A stretch of DNA of 64,000 nt from Pseudomonas phage PhiPA3. The translations under genes were made by a program, and so were the position numbers. Below the pieces are notes generated by a model. The model was not told where the DNA came from. It did no database searches and was given only the letters and a program-made list of their open reading frames with translations. The DNA lies in sequence record HQ630627.1; one strand, 5' to 3'. Position 1 is the stretch's first letter, and the number at the start of each line of letters is the position of its first letter. Positions 21,124-29,369 of the stretch are shown piece after piece.

Positions 21124-21228
21124 ATCTTAGAGAAAAGTTACCCTCCATTGAAATAACATGCACGCGTAGCAAGGAACAAGCTTTCGGCCATTCGTTCGAA
21201 GCTGGGCTGGATGTAAGCGGTATAAAGC

Positions 21229-21267
21229 GGGAGCCTTCGGGCTCCCTGCTTTTCCTTTTCTTTTTTG
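21229..21267 (+). terminator. rho-independent terminator (UUCG) with a long U-tract
   Basis: gggagcc-ttcg-ggctccc + tgcttttccttttcttttttg. Confidence 0.7.
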
Positions 21268-21268
21268 C

Positions 21269-21304
21269 CATTAAATTTTATTTCAAATCTATATTACGTC
21301 TTTG
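21269..21304 (+). promoter_or_regulatory. conserved promoter-like box (copy 2, identical to copy 1)
   Basis: cattaaattttatttcaaatctatattacgtctttg; 39 nt upstream of ATG 21336. Confidence 0.55.
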
Positions 21305-21335
21305 CTGAACCAACACTCAATCATTAGGGGTAATC

Positions 21336-22124
21336 ATGATCACGCTTAAAAAGTCGCTGACCCAGTGCACGCTGGATAGCTGGTATACCTTCATGGCTGA
21401 GAACAGCCTGTCTCGTTTTGATTGTCTGATTGATATTGGCTATCTGGATGAACCACTGCGTAAGATTCTGGAGAAGCACCCGATGTACCGTGGGGATGGT
21501 ACCATTCTCCTGAACCTGTCTGTGAATGCCTGTAAGCACATTAACTACAGAGGCGATGCATTTACCGGTGAGATCGGTCTTCAGGGTCGTCCGACTTCCC
21601 TGTATATCCCGTACCATGCGTTCGTTTCATTGCAGATTCCGCTGTCGGAAACGGCTACAGTAGAAGCCAGTTTCCCGATCTACGACCGACTGGTATTCGA
21701 TGCTCAGAACCCCACCTTCGTACACCCGTACGCTGAAGCTGGGCAACAATCGCTCCTCACTATTGCTCCTGAAGCTGTAGTGAAGTGGATGCACAATGAA
21801 GGCCACACTGAGTGTAATGTCCACAACGTCGGTGAGTTCATTAAGTACGTATGGCCTAATGGTGTACCGATGGAAGTCCAAGAATATTTGGTCGAAGAAA
21901 CCGCCAATATGCTCCGCGACCATCAAATGGCTGTACTGCAAAAGCAGTCTGCACAAGCTCCGGTTCCTTCGAATGACGATCGTATCCCGTTTGAAGAAGC
22001 TGAAATCAAACCCCTGCTGGAATTCCCTGATCTCTCGGCCAATAAAGTTGTTCTGCAACAGCCGGTGGCGTCGAAGTTCAAAGGCAAGCCAACCCTGACT
22101 CTGATTAAAGGAGGTAAGAAGTGA
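21336..22124 (+). CDS. SspB-like protein (candidate ClpXP specificity-enhancing adaptor)
   Basis: DGTILLNLSVNAC..INYRGDAFTGEIGLQGRPTSLYIPYHAFVSLQ parallels E. coli SspB DGQIVLNIAPRAV..LELANDEVRFNARFGGIPRQVSVPLAAVLAIY; C-terminal ..TLTLIKGGKK resembles the SspB ClpX-binding tail LRVVK. Confidence 0.5.
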   Translation: MITLKKSLTQCTLDSWYTFMAENSLSRFDCLIDIGYLDEPLRKILEKHPMYRGDGTILLNLSVNACKHINYRGDAFTGEIGLQGRPTSLYIPYHAFVSLQIPLSETATVEASFPIYDRLVFDAQNPTFVHPYAEAGQQSLLTIAPEAVVKWMHNEGHTECNVHNVGEFIKYVWPNGVPMEVQEYLVEETANMLRDHQMAVLQKQSAQAPVPSNDDRIPFEEAEIKPLLEFPDLSANKVVLQQPVASKFKGKPTLTLIKGGKK

Positions 22125-22390
22125 GTGCTTCTGTCGTTGTAGGTCTTCCGACTGTTCTGCTTAGTACCATTCTCACTGCTGGGGTACAAGGTCCTGCGGG
22201 TAATAGTCAACTGGCCCAGGACTTCGAGTCTAAGGAAGCTTGCTGGCAAGCAATAGGTGCAATTCAACAAGCAACAGGTACCAATGGCGTAAAAGTACAC
22301 CAGATCGAACAAGGTGTTGTCCTTGAATATAGTTTTGAGGGCAAGAACATCCGTCGTGAAATGGTTTGTGTTAGCAAGCACAAACAGTGA
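22121..22390 (+). CDS. small secreted/membrane protein (89 aa), GTG start
   Basis: RBS aaaggagg; N-terminal hydrophobic VVVGLPTVLLSTILTAGV. Confidence 0.4.
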   Translation: MSASVVVGLPTVLLSTILTAGVQGPAGNSQLAQDFESKEACWQAIGAIQQATGTNGVKVHQIEQGVVLEYSFEGKNIRREMVCVSKHKQ

Positions 22391-22395
22391 ATGAG

Positions 22396-22424
22396 GGGAG
22401 TCCTACGGGACTCCCTTTATATCC
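22396..22424 (+). terminator. rho-independent terminator
   Basis: gggagtcc-tacg-ggactccc + tttatatcccc. Confidence 0.65.
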
Positions 22425-22448
22425 CCTTCTCTTTTAGAGGCTTTAACA

Positions 22449-23201
22449 ATGAACCGACACAATTCCGAGGAAGTTCGCCAACTGATCGCCGATACGGCTG
22501 TGCAACTGGATACGCTGATGGAGAGTAATCACCTCAATGGCATCCGTTTCACTTTCGTGGCACCCAGTGAGGAGACCTTCAACGAACTGTCCAAGATCAT
22601 TCATGAAGTTGAAAACCTGGGTCACACCATGCGTGTGCTGCGTGGGTCTCTCCATGACTTCAAAGAAATCATGGACGCTCAAGACTTTATCGTCACCGCT
22701 GGTAACAGTTACGGACACATGACTGGTGGTCTGGATGGTGCTCTGGCTGATATCTATCCTGATCTGATCAAACGCGTTCCATCTACCATTGCTCTTAAGT
22801 GTCATGGCGAGCTCAATGTGGGTGATGGTGTACTGGTGCATCGACATATCCAAGAACCCATCTACGAGAAGATCGTGTACAAGGATCAATACCTGGTTTA
22901 CGTGCCGACCATGCGTACTCCACGTCGGTTGGCAAAAGGTAGTGATGTACCTTATCTGGCTACCCACAAGGCCCTGAGTCTGATTCGCCAAGGCCTGATC
23001 CAACATCCTACCTTCCGTAATGTGTTCATGACCCTCATGGGTACTGGCACTGGTAACATTCCCGTGAAGGTAGCAGTCGAGCAATTCCTGCTGGCTCTTC
23101 GGAAAGCTACTCGGATTGTCAATGTTAAGAAGCTGTTCGATGATGGTAAAGACGTCGACCATGAACTGGTTAACATTTGGAAAAGGTATGGCAATGAGTA
23201 A
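22449..23201 (+). CDS. macro-domain protein (ADP-ribose binding/hydrolase family)
   Basis: AQDFIVTAGNSYGHMTGGLDGALAD matches the macro-domain signature ([21 protein letters not shown]). Confidence 0.55.
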   Translation: MNRHNSEEVRQLIADTAVQLDTLMESNHLNGIRFTFVAPSEETFNELSKIIHEVENLGHTMRVLRGSLHDFKEIMDAQDFIVTAGNSYGHMTGGLDGALADIYPDLIKRVPSTIALKCHGELNVGDGVLVHRHIQEPIYEKIVYKDQYLVYVPTMRTPRRLAKGSDVPYLATHKALSLIRQGLIQHPTFRNVFMTLMGTGTGNIPVKVAVEQFLLALRKATRIVNVKKLFDDGKDVDHELVNIWKRYGNE

Positions 23202-23589
23202 GGACAACGTGGGGTTAACGGTCGCACAGCGCAAGATTTACTTGGATGCGCTGGATCCAGTTATTCAAAAGATCGCATATGTCATCGATAAGGATCACAA
23301 AGGTTACGAGCCTGAAGTGCAGGTGAACTTAGCTAATCGCAGCTATGACATTATCTGCACGGAGTTCATGAAGTTCAATATGCAGCGTCGAGATGACAGT
23401 CCGCAATGGCAGTCGTTCTTCGACCAGCTCAAAGTGCCTCGTGAACTTCCCCCACGTGAGTCTGAGCAAACTGAGTACGAATGGCTGTCGATGGCTGCCC
23501 GTTCTCAGAAAGCCAAAGAGATGCAAGCAGCAATGAAGTTAGACTCTGTTGACAGAGACTACGTCAATACTTGGACGGGAAAAGTATGA
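23197..23589 (+). CDS. hypothetical protein (130 aa)
   Basis: ORF; start chosen at the ATG overlapping the upstream stop. Confidence 0.45.
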   Translation, partial: SKDNVGLTVAQRKIYLDALDPVIQKIAYVIDKDHKGYEPEVQVNLANRSYDIICTEFMKFNMQRRDDSPQWQSFFDQLKVPRELPPRESEQTEYEWLSMAARSQKAKEMQAAMKLDSVDRDYVNTWTGKV

Positions 23590-23837
23590 GCGAAGAAGAT
23601 TACGTCGCATCTCAAATTCAACATGGTATTTGTCAGGAATTCCGTAAGGCTTACAAAGCAAAGATTGCTGTCTACAACTGCGAAGACATGCGAGTCAGCT
23701 TGGTCTACGAAGATGGCCGTGTTGAACACTACCAACTCCAACACCCGACCGTCGTTTGCGATCCCGATGCTAGTCGTATCGTAGATGTCACCTACGACTT
23801 CTCCATGATTGTCGGCAACAAACCAACTCTCCACTAA
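23586..23837 (+). CDS. hypothetical protein (83 aa)
   Basis: ATGA overlap. Confidence 0.4.
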   Translation: MSEEDYVASQIQHGICQEFRKAYKAKIAVYNCEDMRVSLVYEDGRVEHYQLQHPTVVCDPDASRIVDVTYDFSMIVGNKPTLH

Positions 23838-23846
23838 GGAAATACA

Positions 23847-25277
23847 ATGCACGCTTATCTCCAGCTGTTGGAAGACATCAAGAAATACGGTGTCTTCAAA
23901 GGAGATCGAACCGGGACTGGTACTCAGTCCCTTTTCGGTCGTCAGTTCCGTTTTGATCTGAAAGACAACAACCTGCCGGTTGTGACCACCAAGTTCGTTC
24001 ATACCCCGTCGGTTGAAGTCGAACACGTCTGGATGAAGAACGGTCTCACTAACCTGAAGTTCCTGCTCGATCACAACGTGCGGATCTGGAACGAATGGTG
24101 CAAGCCGGGTACTGAAGTGCGCGTACCGGTGGACGAAGGTGAGCTGGTTGATCTGGTTCAACGCAAGTTCAAGTACGTTGACTTCGAAATGCACCACAGC
24201 AATGAAATCGAAGAAGACTACAAGTTCATCCTAGATGGTGCTCGTACCAACGGCGAGAAAGGTGCGGTACTGCTGATGAGTGGTAAAGCCTGGATGGATG
24301 TCGAGCGTTTCGGCCCAGGCCCCACTACTTACGACTTCTATGGTCATGCTCGTCGAGTCTGGCAAATCGTCTGCGGAGAAACTACTACCCTTAAAGTAGG
24401 GGAAGACGGCTTTGTTTACCGTCTCGTAGATGGTGATCTGGGTCCGGTGTATGGTAAGACCTGGCGTAATATCGAGGACACTCGGATCATCAAGAAGGCT
24501 GAACTCCAGAACTTCTTGGATCGTAAGTTCACATTCGTGGTGGATGTACCGGGTACATCTCTGGAAACCGATCGAGCTGTAGTTACCCGTAATATCGATC
24601 AACTGGCTGAACTGCTCCATGACCTGGAACACAATCCGGATTCGCGGCGTCTGATCATCTGTGCCTGGGACCCGGCTCTGGTTGATGAACAGGCATTGCC
24701 TCCGTGCCACGCATTTATTCAGTTCTGGACTCGTAAGCTGGAACTGTCCGAACGTCTGAGTCTGTGGGTTTCCAATAATGCCAATGAATTCATCAAGCAT
24801 CTGTTGGATTATAAGGGGGATTGGCCGACTCAAAACGTTATTGACATCGTCAACACTGGCGAATACCAACAAGTCATTACTCAGGTAGCCGAAAGTGATT
24901 GGCTGAAGTTTGTAGAAGCATCGGGTATTGATCTGACTGGTATTCCTGAACGAGGCATTAGTTGCCAACTCTACCAGCGATCAGTTGACGCATTCCTTGG
25001 TTTGCCCTTTAACATCACCTTCTACTCGATCATGACTCATGCACTGGCCAACCAGTTCAACATGGTTGCAGAAGAGTTCATCTGGACTGGGGGTGATTGC
25101 CACATTTATTCCAACCACCAAGAACAGACTGATCTACAACTGACTCGGAATACGTTCCCGACTCCGAAGATTCATTTCCGTGAGAAAGGTAAACCGTATC
25201 TGGAACTGGACGTAGGTGATTTCGTGATCGAAGGTTATGAGTATCACCCACACATTGCTGGCAAGGTAGCCGTCTAA
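23847..25277 (+). CDS. thyA: thymidylate synthase family enzyme (ThyA-like, dUMP-type active site) with three large insertions (476 aa)
   Basis: DRTGTGT, LPVVTTK, DLGPVYGKTWR, NPDSRRLIICAW, PCHAFIQF (catalytic Cys), RSVDAFLGLPFNI and GGDCHIYSNH all conserved; about 95-, 30- and 65-aa insertions relative to the 264-aa E. coli ThyA. Confidence 0.8.
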   Translation: MHAYLQLLEDIKKYGVFKGDRTGTGTQSLFGRQFRFDLKDNNLPVVTTKFVHTPSVEVEHVWMKNGLTNLKFLLDHNVRIWNEWCKPGTEVRVPVDEGELVDLVQRKFKYVDFEMHHSNEIEEDYKFILDGARTNGEKGAVLLMSGKAWMDVERFGPGPTTYDFYGHARRVWQIVCGETTTLKVGEDGFVYRLVDGDLGPVYGKTWRNIEDTRIIKKAELQNFLDRKFTFVVDVPGTSLETDRAVVTRNIDQLAELLHDLEHNPDSRRLIICAWDPALVDEQALPPCHAFIQFWTRKLELSERLSLWVSNNANEFIKHLLDYKGDWPTQNVIDIVNTGEYQQVITQVAESDWLKFVEASGIDLTGIPERGISCQLYQRSVDAFLGLPFNITFYSIMTHALANQFNMVAEEFIWTGGDCHIYSNHQEQTDLQLTRNTFPTPKIHFREKGKPYLELDVGDFVIEGYEYHPHIAGKVAV

Positions 25278-25537
25278 TGGAAAAGACCACGTTATCGTTG
25301 GAAGAACGTTGTACCTATGGAGCTCGTCAATCGATCCGTAAGGAAAGTGAGGCATCCAATGGGTATTTTGTTTGCAACAGTTTCACAATCGGTAACGTGG
25401 CTTCTCTCAAGATCTGGCAGAAGCCCAATGTCACCGATGAAGAACTACACGTCAAGTTAGATCAGATGGGTTATCCGAAATATCTGGAAGACGTGGATCC
25501 TGTTGACCTTGTTAAACAAGAAGATACCAATGTATAA
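25277..25537 (+). CDS. hypothetical protein (86 aa)
   Basis: ATGA overlap with the thyA stop. Confidence 0.45.
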   Translation: MEKTTLSLEERCTYGARQSIRKESEASNGYFVCNSFTIGNVASLKIWQKPNVTDEELHVKLDQMGYPKYLEDVDPVDLVKQEDTNV

Positions 25538-25757
25538 ACATGTAGTAGATGGAAATGAATTGAGCAGTGCAGCCATTGATGTATTCCGCAGACTGTTCAA
25601 GAAAGGTTCCCAAGATGATGGTGATCTACCGTCCAAGTCGGGGATGCTGGAACTGATCCGTTGTGGCTTCGCCATGAAGGATTACACTATGGAATTACCT
25701 AACCGGCTGACGGTGGTAGGTCAGGAAGCTGCTGAACGTTTCTTTGGAGTACGTTAA
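25530..25757 (+). CDS. hypothetical protein (75 aa)
   Basis: ORF; start at the ATG overlapping the upstream stop. Confidence 0.4.
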   Translation: MYKHVVDGNELSSAAIDVFRRLFKKGSQDDGDLPSKSGMLELIRCGFAMKDYTMELPNRLTVVGQEAAERFFGVR

Positions 25758-26062
25758 TGCTTGAACAATCCCAGAACTGCTTCAAAATCAACTACGCTGA
25801 AATCATCGGTAACGAAGGTAAAACCGACGGTAAGCCGCTTACTGCTTTCGGTGATGAAGCCGAAGTTCAACGTCGGCTGCAAGAGCTGGTTGACAAAGAC
25901 ATCCTGCGTTGTTCGATTCATTGGGGCGCGCATGACTACGCCACCTTCGATATCGATGTTCCGGGTACCGACCAGGTTCAAATCCTGAAGCCCGGTGACC
26001 GTGTGAATTTCGTTGGTGATTCGTACGAAATCGTTATCGATCCATCTAACAAGGAAGAGTAA
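25757..26062 (+). CDS. hypothetical protein (101 aa)
   Basis: TAATG overlap. Confidence 0.45.
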   Translation: MLEQSQNCFKINYAEIIGNEGKTDGKPLTAFGDEAEVQRRLQELVDKDILRCSIHWGAHDYATFDIDVPGTDQVQILKPGDRVNFVGDSYEIVIDPSNKEE

Positions 26063-26748
26063 TGTCTACGACTAGACTGGAATACATCCTCGAAAAGATT
26101 GCCATCTCTGGTAATGGTGAACAATTCAAGCACAACTTCTGTACTTACCGAAATGGTCAAGTACTTGGGTTGGGTCGTCCTGGCGTCACCAGTCGGAAAC
26201 TACGTGATTGGTTGTTCACCCAGAATGCTCACCAGTTCCTGAGTGAAGAGGACATTAGTTATCTGATTCACTGCATGGACGCCTACAGCGCAACTGTGCA
26301 TGATGACCTCAATGAGTTCCTTTGTGAGCTGGGTCTGTGGTCTCCGGGGAAAGAATCTCCTGTGGATTGTCTGGCTGCGTTCACCTACCGTCTGTTCCAT
26401 GGAGACTTCGTTTCGTACGAGCGTTTCCAGCGTAACAGTCGTTTTGCTGAGGCAGCTTATGGCGCTGATATGGCTACTGAGGTATCTTACAGTAAGCCTA
26501 TACCAGTATTCACCAAGACACTGGAAGAGGCTGACCTCTGGTACGAATTTGGACAAGAGATCGCTCCGATCAATGAAGATGGTATTCGCCGTCTACCTGA
26601 GGACAAGAAGATTGTCCGGGACTGGTTGAACCAGCACAATCTCCCGTTGGTGTACACCTGCTTCGACTTCAGTCCGGAGCCTGTACCCGAGGTTGATGCA
26701 TCCGATGGTGAAAAGGTTCAGGAACACAAGTGTGCCATCTGTCAATAA
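26062..26748 (+). CDS. hypothetical protein (228 aa)
   Basis: TAATG overlap. Confidence 0.55.
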   Translation: MSTTRLEYILEKIAISGNGEQFKHNFCTYRNGQVLGLGRPGVTSRKLRDWLFTQNAHQFLSEEDISYLIHCMDAYSATVHDDLNEFLCELGLWSPGKESPVDCLAAFTYRLFHGDFVSYERFQRNSRFAEAAYGADMATEVSYSKPIPVFTKTLEEADLWYEFGQEIAPINEDGIRRLPEDKKIVRDWLNQHNLPLVYTCFDFSPEPVPEVDASDGEKVQEHKCAICQ

Positions 26749-26784
26749 CTACTCAAGTAACGACATGAGGCTAAGGAGAACTCC

Positions 26785-27009
26785 ATGGGTACTCTGAAGA
26801 CGGACTACATACGCTGCCCCACTCCGCAAGGGGGTGGGGGCGAATGTGAGTCAATCAAATGTCAAGCGACAAATCCAAAAAGCAGTATCGTCATCACCAT
26901 GAGCAACGCCACGTTAAAGCACAGGTGGCTATCTGGCGGTTCTACAACCAACAGGCAGCCAGTCTCGACGACCGCCGGCTCGGTCGGATGCGTAAAGAAC
27001 ACGCATTAA
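26785..27009 (+). CDS. Cys-rich small ORF (74 aa); alternative to 26859-27116
   Basis: Strong RBS taaggagaactccATG, but the product is low-complexity. Confidence 0.3.
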   Translation: MGTLKTDYIRCPTPQGGGGECESIKCQATNPKSSIVITMSNATLKHRWLSGGSTTNRQPVSTTAGSVGCVKNTH

Positions 27010-27116
27010 ACTGTGGTCGCTCTCACTGTATGCTCTGTGTGAATCCTCGTCGGACTTGGGGTCGTAAGACTCTGGCCGAAAAGGTAGCGGATATTCGCTT
27101 TAAGGAACAACAATAA
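26859..27116 (+). CDS. small basic Cys/His protein (85 aa); alternative to 26785-27009
   Basis: Ends 3 nt before terminator 27119; basic, CGRSHCMLC motif; no RBS. Confidence 0.35.
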   Translation: MSSDKSKKQYRHHHEQRHVKAQVAIWRFYNQQAASLDDRRLGRMRKEHALNCGRSHCMLCVNPRRTWGRKTLAEKVADIRFKEQQ

Positions 27117-27118
27117 TA

Positions 27119-27146
27119 GAGGGGGCTTCGGCCCCTTCTTTTATTC
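27119..27146 (+). terminator. rho-independent terminator (UUCG)
   Basis: gggggc-ttcg-gcccc + ttcttttattccc. Confidence 0.7.
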
Positions 27147-27162
27147 CCTCAAGGAAAATACA

Positions 27163-27471
27163 ATGCGGATAAATGATGACATGGGTTACGGGAATCTGAT
27201 TGACTTCCCCGAAGAGAAATTCATGAAAGCGGGTGAGTTGGTGCTGATCCGCAAAAGAACTGCCTACGCAGGTGAAACCCCCATTGGGCTTTACCAAGTG
27301 GCGGAGGATTGTTCTTTACCCAGACGCTACGAAGGGGAAGTCCGTGCAGACCTAGTATGGTCTGCCAAGGATAACGAGAACAGAATGCTGATCGAAGACG
27401 TTGAGAACCTGGTTGAACAGGGTAAGCTCAAGCCAGTCGAACATACATCTATCTACTATCGGGACGAGTAA
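27163..27471 (+). CDS. hypothetical protein (102 aa); homologous to the C-terminal domain of the next gene
   Basis: KAGELVLIRK..EDCSLPRRYEG..LVEQGKLKP vs KAGEIVQVYT..EDCVIPKRASG..LVDQGKLKP. Confidence 0.5.
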   Translation: MRINDDMGYGNLIDFPEEKFMKAGELVLIRKRTAYAGETPIGLYQVAEDCSLPRRYEGEVRADLVWSAKDNENRMLIEDVENLVEQGKLKPVEHTSIYYRDE

Positions 27472-27472
27472 C

Positions 27473-28183
27473 ATGTCAATCACAATTATTGTTTTCTCTA
27501 AGGAAGAACCGAGTGATTCCGACATCATGACGTATGTCGGTGCTATCCCTGGACTCAGTGGAGAAGATTTCCGTTACCGTCTGGCATGGAGACATCGCTG
27601 TAATAATGACATTCACAGCACCTTGTTTCAGATTTACGATGACGAGCATCATTCCGATAACTGTCATCTGTTGTTCAGGAATGGCCTGGTTACTGTCACA
27701 ACTATGACCGAAATTGCAGAGTTCACTCAGAACCTGCAAGACGAAATTAACTTCTACAGTAGTAACTTTGAGGAAGGGGTTAAAGCCGAAGTTTACTCGA
27801 TCAGCAATGGCGATACCTTGTACATTTTCCCTGATCAGGCCCATCGTGTTCATCATCTTCTTAAAGAAGATCTGAAATTGGTCTCCGACGACGAGAAAGA
27901 AGTAGCCGAATATACGTTGCTGGATAAGGACTATGAACTCAAAGCTGGGGAAATTGTCCAGGTGTACACCCACGTTAAATATGAAGGTGTATACGGCCAC
28001 GAGTTATACGAGGTCATCGAGGACTGCGTTATTCCCAAACGTGCTAGCGGTAGCGTTCTGAATCGCTACTTTGAAAAGGATGGTCGTAGGCAGAGAAACT
28101 ACGATGACGTTCAGACCTTAGTGGACCAAGGCAAACTGAAACCTATTAAATGCACCAGTGTTATCTACAAGGCCGAAATATGA
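27473..28183 (+). CDS. hypothetical protein (236 aa) with a C-terminal domain paralogous to 27163-27471
   Basis: ATG 2 nt after the upstream stop. Confidence 0.55.
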   Translation: MSITIIVFSKEEPSDSDIMTYVGAIPGLSGEDFRYRLAWRHRCNNDIHSTLFQIYDDEHHSDNCHLLFRNGLVTVTTMTEIAEFTQNLQDEINFYSSNFEEGVKAEVYSISNGDTLYIFPDQAHRVHHLLKEDLKLVSDDEKEVAEYTLLDKDYELKAGEIVQVYTHVKYEGVYGHELYEVIEDCVIPKRASGSVLNRYFEKDGRRQRNYDDVQTLVDQGKLKPIKCTSVIYKAEI

Positions 28184-28380
28184 GAAATCCATTTAGTGGC
28201 AGCAGTCTGTTCGACCTCCCTGAAGAAACCCCTGAAGAGAAGCTGCGTGCGATGTTCCATCCCTTCGGCGGTGCTTTCCGCGGCGAGATGAAATCGGATC
28301 ATGGCGAACGTACCAACCGAAAGATCAAAGATCAGCCGTTCTATCAACGTGGTCCGAAGAAGCAGATGAGGAAATACTGA
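28180..28380 (+). CDS. small protein (66 aa)
   Basis: ATGA overlap. Confidence 0.4.
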   Translation: MRNPFSGSSLFDLPEETPEEKLRAMFHPFGGAFRGEMKSDHGERTNRKIKDQPFYQRGPKKQMRKY

Positions 28381-28646
28381 TGTATCCGTTCGCTATTGCG
28401 GTTAGTCACGTGATCGCTGTATTCCTCGTCGTCTACGCTGTTGGTGGTATGGTCATTACAGCTCGTCACGTCATTGCCTTCGAGCGAATAAAACGTTTGT
28501 TCGCTGAAGGGAAACTCCAGGAGGTTATCGCCTTTCGAAAGATGACTAAGTACGATACCCAGATGGATGGCCTGACGTATTGGTGTTGTTGGGGGTTGGG
28601 TATTACAATCGCGATGTTGATCATTGCTGCGGGGTTAGCGCCATGA
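28380..28646 (+). CDS. small membrane protein (88 aa, 2 predicted TM helices)
   Basis: AIAVSHVIAVFLVVYAVGGMVI and WCCWGLGITIAMLIIAAGLA hydrophobic segments. Confidence 0.5.
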   Translation: MYPFAIAVSHVIAVFLVVYAVGGMVITARHVIAFERIKRLFAEGKLQEVIAFRKMTKYDTQMDGLTYWCCWGLGITIAMLIIAAGLAP

Positions 28647-29026
28647 GATATGAAACCTGGATTAACGCCTATCTAGCGGCTATTGAAACGTTGCGCAAGC
28701 GTCATGGATTGCGTGCGTATTACGACAAGCCGCTGGTTGAGCCGTACTACGAGCTGGAATTCAAAATGTTCAGTAAGCCTGATGAACCTCCAGCATACCT
28801 GGTCGCTTTCATGTACGAAGGACAACGGATCCAACTCCTGGTATTTGAGAATGATTCAGGTATTCAAGGACAGTTGTATAGCCTAGCTGCTGAACTTGGC
28901 GTTGCGATCGATTTTGACCGTGATCCTTTTGGGGCTGACACTGTATTGGTTAATACACTTGGTCCATTCGTTAAGTTGATCCACCATCTGGTATTGGATG
29001 GTTACGGGGGACGGAATGCACTATAA
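28643..29026 (+). CDS. hypothetical protein (127 aa)
   Basis: ATGA overlap. Confidence 0.5.
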   Translation: MRYETWINAYLAAIETLRKRHGLRAYYDKPLVEPYYELEFKMFSKPDEPPAYLVAFMYEGQRIQLLVFENDSGIQGQLYSLAAELGVAIDFDRDPFGADTVLVNTLGPFVKLIHHLVLDGYGGRNAL

Positions 29027-29369
29027 GCTCAAGTTCTATGACATGCTCTTCCAGAACATCGTTCAGTTCCATCTGGAGGAGGGGAGTAGCTTCAAGGACT
29101 TCGAGGTTGAAAGTACCCTTGGACATAAACTCCTCTTCCGCCGTATTCGAAATGATGGCGTGGATAAGATGTCATGGGAAATCAGGATCTCTCATGAAAC
29201 TGTAGAAATTACAGCCGATCTCAACGTCCCTGGTTACGATATCAAGATCAATAAGATCCTTGACTATGAATGGAAAGAGGTTAGTTTGGATGATCCGCGT
29301 GCGGTATTCATCGCCAGTCGGTGTTGTGCGGTTTTCGTTCGATTAATGGAGGACCAGTGGTATGTCTAG
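29016..29369 (+). CDS. hypothetical protein (117 aa)
   Basis: ORF; gggggacggaATG. Confidence 0.45.
   Translation: MHYKLKFYDMLFQNIVQFHLEEGSSFKDFEVESTLGHKLLFRRIRNDGVDKMSWEIRISHETVEITADLNVPGYDIKINKILDYEWKEVSLDDPRAVFIASRCCAVFVRLMEDQWYV

Noticed and set aside
21075-21308. 77-aa plus-strand ORF
   Set aside because: It runs through two terminator hairpins and the promoter box; the coding-looking sequence is an artefact of the regulatory elements.
23559-24197. 212-aa minus-strand ORF
   Set aside because: Antisense shadow of the thyA 5' region and the 23586 gene.
24231-24968. 245-aa minus-strand ORF
   Set aside because: Antisense to the ThyA homolog, whose motifs are unambiguous.
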